A stretch of 55,953 bases of DNA, filler included, from Trypethelium eluteriae (GCA_051942245.1; 3 parts of 3 records of this genome joined end to end with filler, not necessarily neighbours in it); one strand, 5' to 3'; positions 36,817-47,145 are shown, numbered from the whole stretch's first letter. The notes: a model not told the origin generated them from the sequence alone. Program-made: numbers and translations.

Positions 36817-37305
36817 TAGAGTGGATCTCTGCTGAGCACCCTCCAAGTCTTATTACCAAAAATATTCCTAGCAGACCACAGAGAAAGGATGAAAAGACTC
36901 GAGCACAGAGTGACGATGTTGTGGAGTGACAGCAATCCACGAAGCAAGAAGACAAAAGGTGAGGGCAGCTGCCCTTAGACTCGTGCAGTAGCTGCATGTT
37001 ATGAACGAAGATACGTACCTACCCAATCGAATTCCTGTCTCTTGCCAAAATCCCTGCTGCGCTTCATCGCAGTAAGTAGCCCAGCACTCTAATTCCTTGA
37101 CCTGTGAAGAACAAAAATTGTCGATGAACTCCCTGAGGCGCCTCGTGAAGCAAAGTCGAGTACCACAATTTGCAGATACTTGAAAACCTGCTCTCCTTGG
37201 ATCCTTCGATACCTAATTTCCGCAGGTTAGGATACCTCGACACAATTCCGCATGGTCTTCACCCAGTACCTCGCACGCCTCCCTTCCTCCTCATGCCCCC
37301 TCCAC

Positions 37306-37405
37306 NNNNNNNNNNNNNNNNNNNNNNNNNNNNNNNNNNNNNNNNNNNNTTAATTAATTAANNNNNNNNNNNNNNNNNNNNNNNNNNNNNNNNNNNNNNN
37401 NNNNN
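37306..37405. other. Artificial contig-joining spacer (44 N + TTAATTAATTAA + 44 N)
   Basis: Identical structure to 18642-18741; linker at 37350-37361. Confidence 0.97.
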
Positions 37406-37933
37406 CCCTCCCCCCCTTTTACCTCCACTCCCGCATTCACCGCTAGCCTCTACCTTGATGCACGCTCTAATCCAATTCATCTTCCCAACCCTGGCTCTCT
37501 CATTACCGAAGTCATCACGAACGGCACTGTTAGCGGGCCCCTCATAAACGCCACCATCCAAGGCGGTTTCGCGCACCCAACCATTTTTGTGGATCAGAGC
37601 GAGAAAGGAAACGTGACCGTGCAAGCGCCGGTAATCGATATGTATGGGAAGACGGAAGATGGAGAGGATTGGTACTTGCATGCAGAAGGGAGTGGTGCCA
37701 CAACTGGTCAGGTTGCAAGAATTGTGAGTATCTTTTTGGAACAGTCCTTTGGAGGCTTAGCGGGGAATCGAGATAGAGAGATGGGACTGATCGTGATTAT
37801 ACAGGTGTTTGATGTGAGTGGGAAAAAGTACGCGCCATTACGGGATGGGTTTATATTGGCAAAGATCACGCCAAACAAGCAGGTGACGGAGGTTGTGGTT
37901 GAAGGATTCTTGTTTTCTAACCCTAATGCTTGA
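37406..37933 (+). CDS. DUF3237/UPF0311-like beta-barrel protein, 5'-truncated
   Basis: Open from the contig start: ...TEVITNGTVSGPLINATIQGGFAHP...IDMYGKTEDGEDWYLHAEGSG...ARI|VFDVSGKKYAPLRDGFILA. Intron about 37724-37804. Confidence 0.65.
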   Translation, partial: PSPPFTSTPAFTASLYLDARSNPIHLPNPGSLITEVITNGTVSGPLINATIQGGFAHPTIFVDQSEKGNVTVQAPVIDMYGKTEDGEDWYLHAEGSGATTGQVARIVSIFLEQSFGGLAGNRDREMGLIVIIQVFDVSGKKYAPLRDGFILAKITPNKQVTEVVVEGFLFSNPNA

Positions 37934-38310
37934 TAAGACCGTGGTGGATACATCGACGATGAATACCCAAAGCATCATGAAGACTTCGTTCATTACTTCA
38001 TCGGCAGGAATACTTCGACTTTCTCATATCACACGTAGAGTCCGTAATGTATAAGAGTGATCCTAAATTGCATTGAGACAATTACATTCATCCAGCTACC
38101 AGAGTGGATATTGATCTTCACTGTTCTGAGAGGTAGTCACTCCGTATACCTCCCCTCCAAAGCCCGAAAGAAGGGCATAGTTCCCGTATCTTGTCGACGC
38201 TCAGCATGAATCGTCATCGTTCATTCACACAGAAAGCGATCTCCCCATACATCCAACTGGATTAGGGAAAGTAGTAGCCTTATTGCGTTGACTCGGCAAA
38301 ATTACGCCTG

Positions 38311-38434
38311 GCTCAACCTCGGCTCAACTCGGCTCAGTTCTGCAGCGCCACTGCTCATACTCTGCTCAGCCGTGTTCAGTCTCGCTCAGTCTCGCTCAGT
38401 CGGTGCTCAAATTGCACTCGATCAGCAGTGCTCA
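38311..38434. repeat. Helically phased GCTCA array (about 10.4-bp period)
   Basis: GCTCA (one GTTCA) starts at 38311, 38322, 38332, 38353, 38364, 38374, 38384, 38394 and 38405, plus an off-phase copy at 38430. Confidence 0.7.
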
Positions 38435-39105
38435 ATCCTACTCTGTGACCCAGTTCTGGGAACCTTTCGCTTTAAATCTGCCTTCAACAAAATCTTGTTA
38501 ACTTTACGCGATCATCTTAAGAGGCCCGAAACTGGACGCACACGTGGCATTGATTTGCCCGCTGCAGAGCGAAAGTGGCTATTGGCGATACTCACGTTTC
38601 AAGGATGGTTTCTAGGACATCTTGTGTGAAGCAAGGCGACTTCGCTCGGAAGCTCAAATCGTCTATTGCCATTGCTACAAACTTACAACCAGAAATTTGG
38701 GCGCAGCACACGGATCCGATCCCGTGAATCTCTACGCCACGAAGGACGTACTCCTGATCTCCAATTCTCTTTGCCAAGAAACATGGCGCCGGCTTGGGCA
38801 AATCAGCTCTGCCCTCACCTCATTCGTTGACGCAATTTCTAATCATACCTATCTATCATCTGGCTTCTACTGAAGCCATTGACGCAATCTCTCTTCAGCT
38901 CAGGCTTTCCAGGCCTGTAAAAGCAAATATAGGGGAAATTGTAATAGTATCTTACAGGCGAAAAAGTAGATCAGCTCCTGGTTGCATGTGTGTGGCTTAT
39001 TCGTTCTGCCTACTATATCATTGATATCCCAACAGCATGCAGCTTCTTGAACCCTGACGACCGCTTTGACCGAGGAACTGAGCCCGATGACAAAGATCAG
39101 ATTTG

Positions 39106-39112
39106 TATATAA
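39106..39112 (+). promoter_or_regulatory. Putative TATA box
   Basis: TATATAA about 150 nt upstream of ATG 39257. Confidence 0.4.
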
Positions 39113-39256
39113 GTAAGAACGGCAAAAGGCCAGCTGAGATGGATAGCTCGTAAGGCGAGCATTCGTTGCAGCGACCCACCTGCTTAAAACTTCAACGACT
39201 GGACGTATCCATCATTTTTGCGTCTACCCTGGTTTCAATTAGCACGCTTTCGCAAT

Positions 39257-41383
39257 ATGCCTCTCTTCTCCCGAAGACTTGCTGCAGAAGAGTACATAGC
39301 CCTAGAAGAAAGGGCTGCTGGAGAGCTGAGGGATTCTGATGCTCCCTCTAAATCGTCATCTGGAACGATATGGTCAAAGAAGGCACCGGTTGTCATTATT
39401 GGAGCGTAATTATTAGGTGCTCTCCAAAACATCAAATCCAATACACGAACTTAGTGCTAATTTTAGCCTAGCTCTCCTTATGGCTTTTATTCATTTAGGT
39501 TTTGCTCTGTACCTGAATCACAAGCCAGCAGATGGGTCACCTGGACCGATCACACAGACTTGGTTACTCGTAGTCGTCGCGCTCATATCCAACATCTTTG
39601 GCATTGCCATAGACATGAGTTTGGGTGGAGCATTCACACAATATCTTTGGCGCCACCTGCGATCTCGTTTCTTGAAAGCCTCAACTATTAACGACCTATT
39701 CTCCATGCGGGGAGACATTTTTTCCAAGACCATCACAGGTGACATTGCTTCTGTGTTCAAATCCGTTAAAGAAAGTGGTGCTTGGGCTCTCTTAATGATG
39801 ACGATTATACTGTGGAGCAAACCAATTTTCAGTCCTTTTATATCTGCAGCGATCACTGTCAAACTTTCACCAGCTACCATTGGTCCATCTTCAACGCAAG
39901 TGCCTATCTTTGATGCCGCCGATGTATGTATATCCTGATTGACAGTTCCTAGCATTAGTCACGGCTATCTGTGAACAGCGGGACTGACAAACACTAAAAG
40001 GTAGGTGACGGGACCGTTGAAAGCATCAATTCAAAGGCTTTCACCTACTTCGAATCGACCGAGATGGATGAAAGTCACGACGCTGTTCAAGCGCCACTAT
40101 CAGCAACATGCCCAAATGGGAGGGGTTCCTGTCCAACCTCTGGAGAGCCCCTGCAGGCTTTAGTACAGCGAACGCTGCTTGACAATAGAATTTCTGATCT
40201 CGCTTCTCCTTGTAGACCTAATTGTACGTATACAACAATTTTTGACGGGCCATTCTTGTCTTGTCAAACGAACACTGCGCCCGCTAGAATGGTCAACATT
40301 CAGAACGGGAAGCCACCGGCAGCCTACGAATGCAGCTGGGCGAATCCAATAAACCAAAATTCGAAGAACACTGATGCAAATCTTGTTTTTACAACGCGAA
40401 CAGCCAATGCGATCGGAGAGCAAAACCCCAATTTGTGGAATCTTATTGAGCATAGAACAACGTGCACACCATCACGCGCATCATATACTGTTCTCAATAA
40501 CTACACAAATAACACGCAATACACCAGAGTCGTATCGCAGGATTCGCCGGTCACCCTTACAAACGTTCGGCCGGGAATCAAATGGGCCGGAGCCAGTGAG
40601 GGAGAAGCGTTCCCAGGTCTGGAGAAGGATCAAGTTTTATCTTTCATCAAGGATGCAAATCTACTCGCCATCATACAAGCCATGGGACTTGCGCTCGCGG
40701 GAGAATACCAAGCGGGGTTGAACTCAGCCAAAAATCCTCTGCCATACGAACTTAACGGTGAAAGCGTCACTGATGCAGTCTGGCTTACAGATGTTTCGGG
40801 TACCGTCAATGGCATCCAAAATGGACCACTGGATGGTACGATGGTTCAAAACACTCCTCTCTATACTCTTTCCGCATTCTCAACGGTGATCGACCCCAAC
40901 CAGGGACGCTCCAGCAAAGATCCCTTCATAGTCACACAAGACCTGCTCAATGCTATGCTAGGCAATATTGCACTCTCCACAGTCCCAGCCTTCCACTTCT
41001 CCACAGGCTCGACGGACGACCTCACTCAGACCCCAGTGTACAACGTCTATGCAGTCTCATTTCCCCGTCTCTTGATTCCGTATTTTCTCGTCCTTGCGTT
41101 GTGTTTACCTCTTATGGGTCTTGGACTATCTGCATTACCCAGGAACGGTGTGACTGCTTCGGATGGTGGCTTCTTTCGAATACTGTGTACGACAAGAGGG
41201 AGCAGAATGCTTGATGGGGAGGCGGAGAAGGGCTGCCGAGGAGGCGCAGAGAATGTTCCGGATAGTCTCAAACGATTGGAGCTCAAGTTCGGCCATTTTG
41301 GAGCGGAAGAGGATGCAGAATATTCAGCGAGGAATGCTGGTAACGATTTGATGGGATTTGGAACCAAGGAAGAATTAAGATGA
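39257..41383 (+). CDS. Fungal multi-TM membrane protein with a large lumenal domain (uncharacterised family)
   Basis: ATG 39257; introns at about 39406-39467 and 39924-40004. N-terminal TMs (..GGAFTQYLWRHLR), lumenal CRPNCTYTTIFDGPFLSC, and a C-terminal TM followed by NGVTASDGGFFRILCTTRG. Confidence 0.8.
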
Positions 41384-41474
41384 GGTTAATGTATAGCAAC
41401 TCCAAAGCCTGTGAAGTTGACAACTTGGCATGGCTTCAAGACCGGCTTATAAAACATACAGAGTCATCAGGCCC

Positions 41475-42300
41475 TCACCATTCGTCCTTCTTTTTGATTT
41501 GATTCTGGTAGGGGTCGCGAATACTGTGCTCCTCCGCCCTATCTTCAACACCATAAAGTCTCGACACGCGCGCTGTCCCGTCCATATGGAGCCGCCAGTC
41601 GTGCTATTGATTGACTCCAACGTCGCATCATTAGCACATATCATCGGCTACCTGAGATAATCGATACAGTGCTGGAAAGTCCGCATGTTCTCATTGCTCG
41701 GACCCAAGACCGGTATGGTCACCGCACGGTAGTAATGCAGCCAAAGCGCGGATCAGAAAAACTGTAAGCTAAGATCAGACATATCTCCATACATTGCTAT
41801 GATGGTGAACAGAAATGATACTATAGATGAAGAATATTCTGGGAAGGAGATGGGGTAGAGCGGACGGAGGAAGCGCATACCACGCAGTGAAGTTGATGAA
41901 ACGCGGCGACCCAGACCACGTTGTCACTACCGCAAACTTCAGATCCTGCCAGTTGCTCCGATGGATTCCTAACAAACCCTCTTCCAGCTAAAGTACGGTC
42001 AAAGCAATGGTCTTGGAGAACTGATGGACCAGGTCGATGCACGTACTTGACACGAAGGAATTGTAATATTTTACATTCTTCACACTTGGCTCGAATGGCT
42101 CTACAAGATGCTCTTCGAAGATGGTCGCTGCTGCAGGCACTGTTCATCTCAGCAGCATGTTCTTGCATGGAACGTCAATGTACTTGCACTCAGGTACTGT
42201 AGACGAGGAAACTGCAGGTGGACACGACTCCTGGGACGAGGCATCGGAAACCATGGTAAGTCGAGATATCAGCCAAGTGGACAAGGATATCTTGCTGTTC
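41475..42300 (-). pseudogene. UstYa/DUF3328 oxidase pseudogene
   Basis: Spliced minus-strand reading: ..VPE|PAAATIFEEHLVEPF..|GRGFVRNP..VWVAAFHQLHCV|..ALWLHYYRA..TFQHCIDYLR*PMICANDATLE..GQRACRDF.. then a frameshift into AEEH. Both HxxHC regions of DUF3328 are recognisable. Premature TAG at 41650-41648. The 5' boundary is uncertain (possibly ATG 42530). Confidence 0.8.
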
Positions 42301-42487
42301 CAGAGGGAAGCACATAGGCTATCCGGGCTTTATTTCGTTCGATACCAACCTCATGGTGTTCCGCCGTTTTGACGATCTCCAGACATTAGCCGTTCTACTT
42401 TAGAGGTATCGGTGGGGGAATCGATCGCCAATCCTGCCGGACGAGGAAAACGAAGGGGGAAAGCTTCGTCTCCTCGATCACTTCCCT

Positions 42488-45091
42488 TCAGTCTAGTATA
42501 ATCTTCTCTGGGCTGAAATGATCGAGACATAAAGTTTCGCCTGAATCCCGCGCCCCCGAGCCCAGATACCCGCAGGGAAACGCGCGGATCCAACGCCATA
42601 CGTTGCGATCTGCAGAGCCGCAGAGTACGAGTGGTCGGCACCAGTCCTGCGATTCGATGCCATCGTATGGATCATCTGCATTCTCTCTTTTCGGGTGCAG
42701 CAGCGCGAGATGCTCATACTCGTCTATAGCTGGGACTTGAGCTCCTCCTCTAAAGAAGCGAAGATGGAGGTGAGCGTCGGCAACTTCCACTGGTGCATAG
42801 AAATTTTCGAACGTAGGTTCGTGCTTATCTTTTGCTAGTCTCACTCTTCGTTTGTCGATGTGATGAACCAGCCATGTTGCTTGAAGGCCTGCTTCAGTTT
42901 GCTCGCCCCAGTCGCTACCCTCACCATCTGAGCCAGAGAAATCATGTTCTGTATGAGGACCACTCAAGGGAGGCGTAGCGAAAAAAGCTCCTTCCGTCTC
43001 TTCAGTCCATTCACTGATTCGGCGATCTATATCCGAGGCAGAAAAGTCGTATCGCATATGAGCAGCTGCGGGCGCCCAATGTAGCCCTTTTGCGTTGACT
43101 CTAGGCAATCTCGAGACTAGAAAGCCGGTCCGTACCCTTTTCACGCCTCGCACGGTATCAGCACCAGATTGAGTTGCGGCGTCCTGGGATATCAGACCCC
43201 ATATGATTAGCTCGTCTCCGGGTCGCGAAGCAACTCGTCTTCCTAGTAAGAACCCGGATTCCTCATAGCTAAGTGATACTCCTGGAAGAAGGTGCTGAAC
43301 ACCAGCCAGGAACATTATCATATCAAGTCCACCGGAGCTAAAGATGGTGTCAAATAGCCTCTTGAGAGACACCAGTTCATTGTTCGCACAAAGGAGGTGT
43401 ACGTTTGATCTGCCTCGCAGACCTTCGAGAAGAGTCCAGCCACGAACATTCCAATCTGCAACAACGAGTGTTGCTAATAAGCCTTGGGCCCACTCCTTCT
43501 TCTTCAAATCAACGCACATAATATCCTTGTCGCAAATTAGAACTATACGACTTCCTGAAAAGACTGCGTTAATACCGCGGATTGCTTCCATTCTGCGCGG
43601 GCCATCGGTGGGAATACAACAAGTATCAATCCAATAGGATGAACAGTGATATCTTCGTGCGACATCAACGAAAGCTCTGTGCAGACAGCTATTGATGCCG
43701 GTTTCAGGGCGTCCCCCTCGGCCATGGCTCCACACATGGGAAATCGCTAGGGAGGTGTGATCTACAGCTTTATAGATCAAGCGAGAAGTTGGCGAAAGTC
43801 GAGTTCTGGAGATATCCACGGCTCGAGAACATCCTTCAATAGCATCAAAGCTTGATTCGTCCCAAATTACCTGCCGGCATATTCTTCTCTTACACGATTG
43901 GTCGTGACAGGACTGGTTCGGGGTGTCCGATTGGCCATGATATCGTTTACAGCTCATTGGGTCGGACGAATCACACTGATAATCTGGATATGACGGATGA
44001 CATCGGGCGGACCTGTGACGAAAGATCATTTCGTAGCTTTCGAAGAGCTTGCGGAAGTCCAGAGCTGGAGCTGCCTTACTTCTACGTAGGAGTGCTACTG
44101 CTTGACTACACATGTATTTCGGTTGCTTGAATATAAGTGCGTCGACGGGAGGGAAAGGAATGCGTACATTCAGGAGCGCCGCACGTTCCGAGGACCATCC
44201 CTTTTCGTAGATTGTACGTAGTGTATAATAGAAAAGGAGCATGGTTGCACGTTGCCAGCAGATAGAAAGGTACAATTTCCATATACTTGCGATTTCCCAT
44301 CTCAACTTCTCCGACTTGGCGTGTCTCTCTGAATTTGCCGGCGGTTGATGGTTAGATCTCTTATGCGAGACCGACTCGAATAATTGTGATAGAAACGTTA
44401 TATATGCATGTACTCGGTTTGCAACTGAATGATCAGGTCGCCCAGCAGTCGAGGCGACCCAGAGAAGTATCTTCAAAGTATTTGAGTCAATGGGCCAGTC
44501 TTTTACCAGAGTTCGCCATACCAGGCTATCCATTTCGCACCATTGGTTGAAGTGCTTTTCTTTCATGTATGCCTTGTCGCTGATATTGCCGTGTCTTTTG
44601 GGCACTTCACGATCCAGACTGATCCGACGCAACTTGCCTGCTTGAGCCCCAAGATACTCATGGCCTTCCAGTGAGGGCATGCGAGATACCTGTTGAGGTA
44701 CTTGAGGCATTCGACCAAGAATGTCCATAGCATTTTGTGTAATATCTGTTGAGTCGGAAGATAAGCATGATGGCTGCAGACGAGCTAGGCTGGAGAGAAA
44801 GGCGTCCATTTGATCTGTGTAGCCTTCCATGTCTGTTACCACATCTATGAGAGTGAGGGCAATGTCTCGACGTTCAGCGTCAGATTCTTTATTTGTGATC
44901 GTGTCCGAGAATACGAGTGCGCCAGCCTCGTTGTTTCTCGATGCACCCTGGAAAGCCGGGCCAGAGTCTCCTCGATCAACTGTGACCGGATGCAACAAGC
45001 TGTGCAATCGTGCAACCGTGGAGCTTGGCCACTTGTTGAGTTTCCCTCCCGCACCTTCCCTTTTTACTCTCGAGCTCAGCGTCGCTAGCAT
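42488..45091 (-). CDS. HET-domain (heterokaryon incompatibility, PF06985-like) protein, intronless, 867 aa
   Basis: HET motifs LAISHVWSHG, YWIDTCCIP, INAVFSGSRIVLICD and WNVRGWTLLEG, preceded by a Cys/His-rich segment. Confidence 0.9.
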   Translation of the reverse strand: MLATLSSRVKREGAGGKLNKWPSSTVARLHSLLHPVTVDRGDSGPAFQGASRNNEAGALVFSDTITNKESDAERRDIALTLIDVVTDMEGYTDQMDAFLSSLARLQPSCLSSDSTDITQNAMDILGRMPQVPQQVSRMPSLEGHEYLGAQAGKLRRISLDREVPKRHGNISDKAYMKEKHFNQWCEMDSLVWRTLVKDWPIDSNTLKILLWVASTAGRPDHSVANRVHAYITFLSQLFESVSHKRSNHQPPANSERHAKSEKLRWEIASIWKLYLSICWQRATMLLFYYTLRTIYEKGWSSERAALLNVRIPFPPVDALIFKQPKYMCSQAVALLRRSKAAPALDFRKLFESYEMIFRHRSARCHPSYPDYQCDSSDPMSCKRYHGQSDTPNQSCHDQSCKRRICRQVIWDESSFDAIEGCSRAVDISRTRLSPTSRLIYKAVDHTSLAISHVWSHGRGGRPETGINSCLHRAFVDVARRYHCSSYWIDTCCIPTDGPRRMEAIRGINAVFSGSRIVLICDKDIMCVDLKKKEWAQGLLATLVVADWNVRGWTLLEGLRGRSNVHLLCANNELVSLKRLFDTIFSSGGLDMIMFLAGVQHLLPGVSLSYEESGFLLGRRVASRPGDELIIWGLISQDAATQSGADTVRGVKRVRTGFLVSRLPRVNAKGLHWAPAAAHMRYDFSASDIDRRISEWTEETEGAFFATPPLSGPHTEHDFSGSDGEGSDWGEQTEAGLQATWLVHHIDKRRVRLAKDKHEPTFENFYAPVEVADAHLHLRFFRGGAQVPAIDEYEHLALLHPKRENADDPYDGIESQDWCRPLVLCGSADRNVWRWIRAFPCGYLGSGARDSGETLCLDHFSPEKIILD

Positions 45092-45225
45092 TTTTGCGGC
45101 TCATGGCGTTCGAGAAGCTGCTAGTCATAAGTTGATCTCCACGGTGTTTGGTCTCATTTAAAAGATTGCGACGTTGATTGGATGACAGTTGAAGAGTTCA
45201 GAGTGAAAGGAGAATGGGTTACAGT

Positions 45226-45780
45226 CTAGAACGGTCCGGAGCTAGTCCAGAAATGGAATTTGTGTGAAGTTGCTTTTTTCCGCGAGAATACTCCGCTATT
45301 ATTAGGTACTTTGTTGGAATCGACTGAAGCCTTCAGTGTTAGGTGTAACGCAGCTGTGAACCCACACATAATCCCAAAACCTCCAGTTTCCTCGAGACGT
45401 GCATGGAGTATTTCATCGCTAATGTCGACCTTCGCGAGCTGCAGGATTGTCGTCAACAAGTTGACGGCTTGAATGCGGATTTGTAGGCGCTGTGCGAATC
45501 CGGCTACGAATTCCTTCTGAGATATCCTCCACTGGATCTTGTAATACGTGGCTTTCAACTTATATTCGCTTCCACCTTATTCAAGAACCCCGTCAAATCT
45601 CTCAACTTGTTTCTTATGGTCTTCTAAAATGTCTGCCAAGCTTTCACTTGTTTGACGGCATCGCTAACCTTGATACTCGCTTGCCGAGCTCCTGCTGTCG
45701 TGTAGCAAATTGGCCAAATCCATAGCCAGGTTTGCAACCGCAGTGATATCTCCGACTGAGCCAATCCAGAGCATAGGCAT
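45226..45780 (-). pseudogene. Decayed fungal STAND/NLR N-terminal helical domain gene (HeLo-like/SesA-type)
   Basis: Single frame from ATG 45780: MPMLWIGSVGDITAVANLAMDLANLLHDSRSSASEYQG*...LE*GGSEYKLKATYYKIQWRISQKEFVAGFAQRLQIRIQAVNLLTTILQL. Shows the SVGDI..EYQ and KIxW...INLL hallmarks. In-frame stops at 45666-45664 and 45579-45577. Confidence 0.7.
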
Positions 45781-46337
45781 GTCTGAGGAACTTTGTGCGA
45801 TGAGACGAAGGATCCCGGCCCTTCGGGAAGATTGAACTAGAAGAAAAGGAAAGAAGGAAACATTGGAACGATACTTTCAGTTCATCTAGGGAATGTGTAG
45901 GTGGTATGGGCAGCGGCCTAACGCCTTGGACGAGGCACGGGGGCCGCATAAAATTATCACGCCGCAGGAGAAAGCAATCATGCATCTACCAATTGGACGA
46001 TCTCTTTCCCTGCAAGTAATACCAGTCTGACCCGCAAGCGGGAAGCTCACTCATGAAAATATTCCGAAATAGAGGATGGGAGGGGCCATTCTTCCAGATT
46101 TGGAGTTGAGGCTTTCATGAGGCTCATAGCTAAAAAATTCATTGGTCCATGGTATCTTCTAGAGACGAAGCATTCGATGCTCGATGTTCCTATACACCTG
46201 GATGTCGGAGACAACCTCTAGATTTAGAGAAATGCTCGAAGGAGCTTGCTGCTGAATGATCTGACGAGCTGATATATCCACGTTTGCAACGAATGCCTCA
46301 AGTGATGCACGTGTCTAACCCTATCCATCCACACGAC

Positions 46338-47145
46338 TCACACAAGCATGATCCGGAAGAAGTCACTTTGGATGTAATAGCCTCCTTGAGGAATCGGCAT
46401 AAGAAGAAATGTCTGGGTGAAGGGCAGTTGGTTCCCCTCTTGATCGACCTATGCATTCCGTTGTCAGTTCCCAGTTTCTCTTTTCTAGTCTTTCTTGAAA
46501 TGTCCAAATTTCGTACCGAAAATCTTCCCATAACTGCCACTGCTATCGCACCCGAGTTTGCAACTGGCTGAGCGCGTATAGCATCTCTCCAATCCTCGGT
46601 CGGATTGGAAACGAGGGCGTGTGTGATCTTTTCGAATGGGAGGGTCTTTGGTTCGTGAAAAGATATTAGCGTCTACCAGCGTTCTGAAGGAGACGGAATT
46701 GGACGTACCTTGAGCTTATCCAGAATTGCTGTAGGAGATTCCTTGGTGTTCTCTACTGCATCGCCTTGCCAAGTGTACCACGAGCCAAGTTGCTGCGAGG
46801 TCGTAAGCTCCTAGTCTCGGGACGGCAGTCTCACAGGTCAGTACATACATAGTAGGCGCCGAGCTCATCCCAAGCCTTCTGGTCAAAGCTCCGGTAATAG
46901 AACTCAACGAACTGCTCTGTTTGACCGAGTTGGCCAGAGTCAGCGCCAACTGATAATAGTAATTGGGTTGTACGCTTTTGCAGTAGGATCTACCTGCGAT
47001 TGCTTGAGCTTGTTTCTGATCTAGCGCGCAGTCGCGTCAGTAAGATGTCTTGAGCAAGTTCGTATGCACATTTGATGGGGATCGTCTTACTGCGTTCACT
47101 GATCTCATTCGTCTGACTTCCTCTTTCGTCTGGTTGAGCTGCCAT
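46338..47145 (-). CDS. Diverged nuclear transport factor 2 (NTF2) paralogue, 6 exons, 157 aa
   Basis: Exons 47145-47091, 47020-46994, 46916-46849, 46792-46709, 46645-46517 and 46448-46338 (474 nt; five GT-AG introns of 56-77 nt). Protein: MAAQPDERGSQTNEISERNQKQAQAIAEQFVEFYYRSFDQKAWDELGAYYQLGSWYTWQGDAVENTKESPTAILDKLKTLPFEKITHALVSNPTEDWRDAIRAQPVANSGAIAVAVMGRFSVDQEGNQLPFTQTFLLMPIPQGGYYIQSDFFRIMLV. Confidence 0.88.

Noticed and set aside
38311..38434. CRISPR-like array or RiPP precursor repeat
   Set aside because: Eukaryotic context, a 5-bp core with a 10-11 bp period, no spacers of CRISPR size, and no KR-delimited peptide repeats in any frame.
45092..45225. Amyloid signalling motif linking the STAND-N pseudogene and HET
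   Set aside because: No G/N/Q-rich HET-s, PP or sigma-type motif seen at the end of the pseudogene or the start of HET.
41475..45780. Repeat-induced point mutation as the cause of the two pseudogenes
   Set aside because: Two stops fit CpA-to-TpA changes, but the surrounding DNA is not visibly AT- or TpA-enriched and there are also indels; evidence is insufficient.
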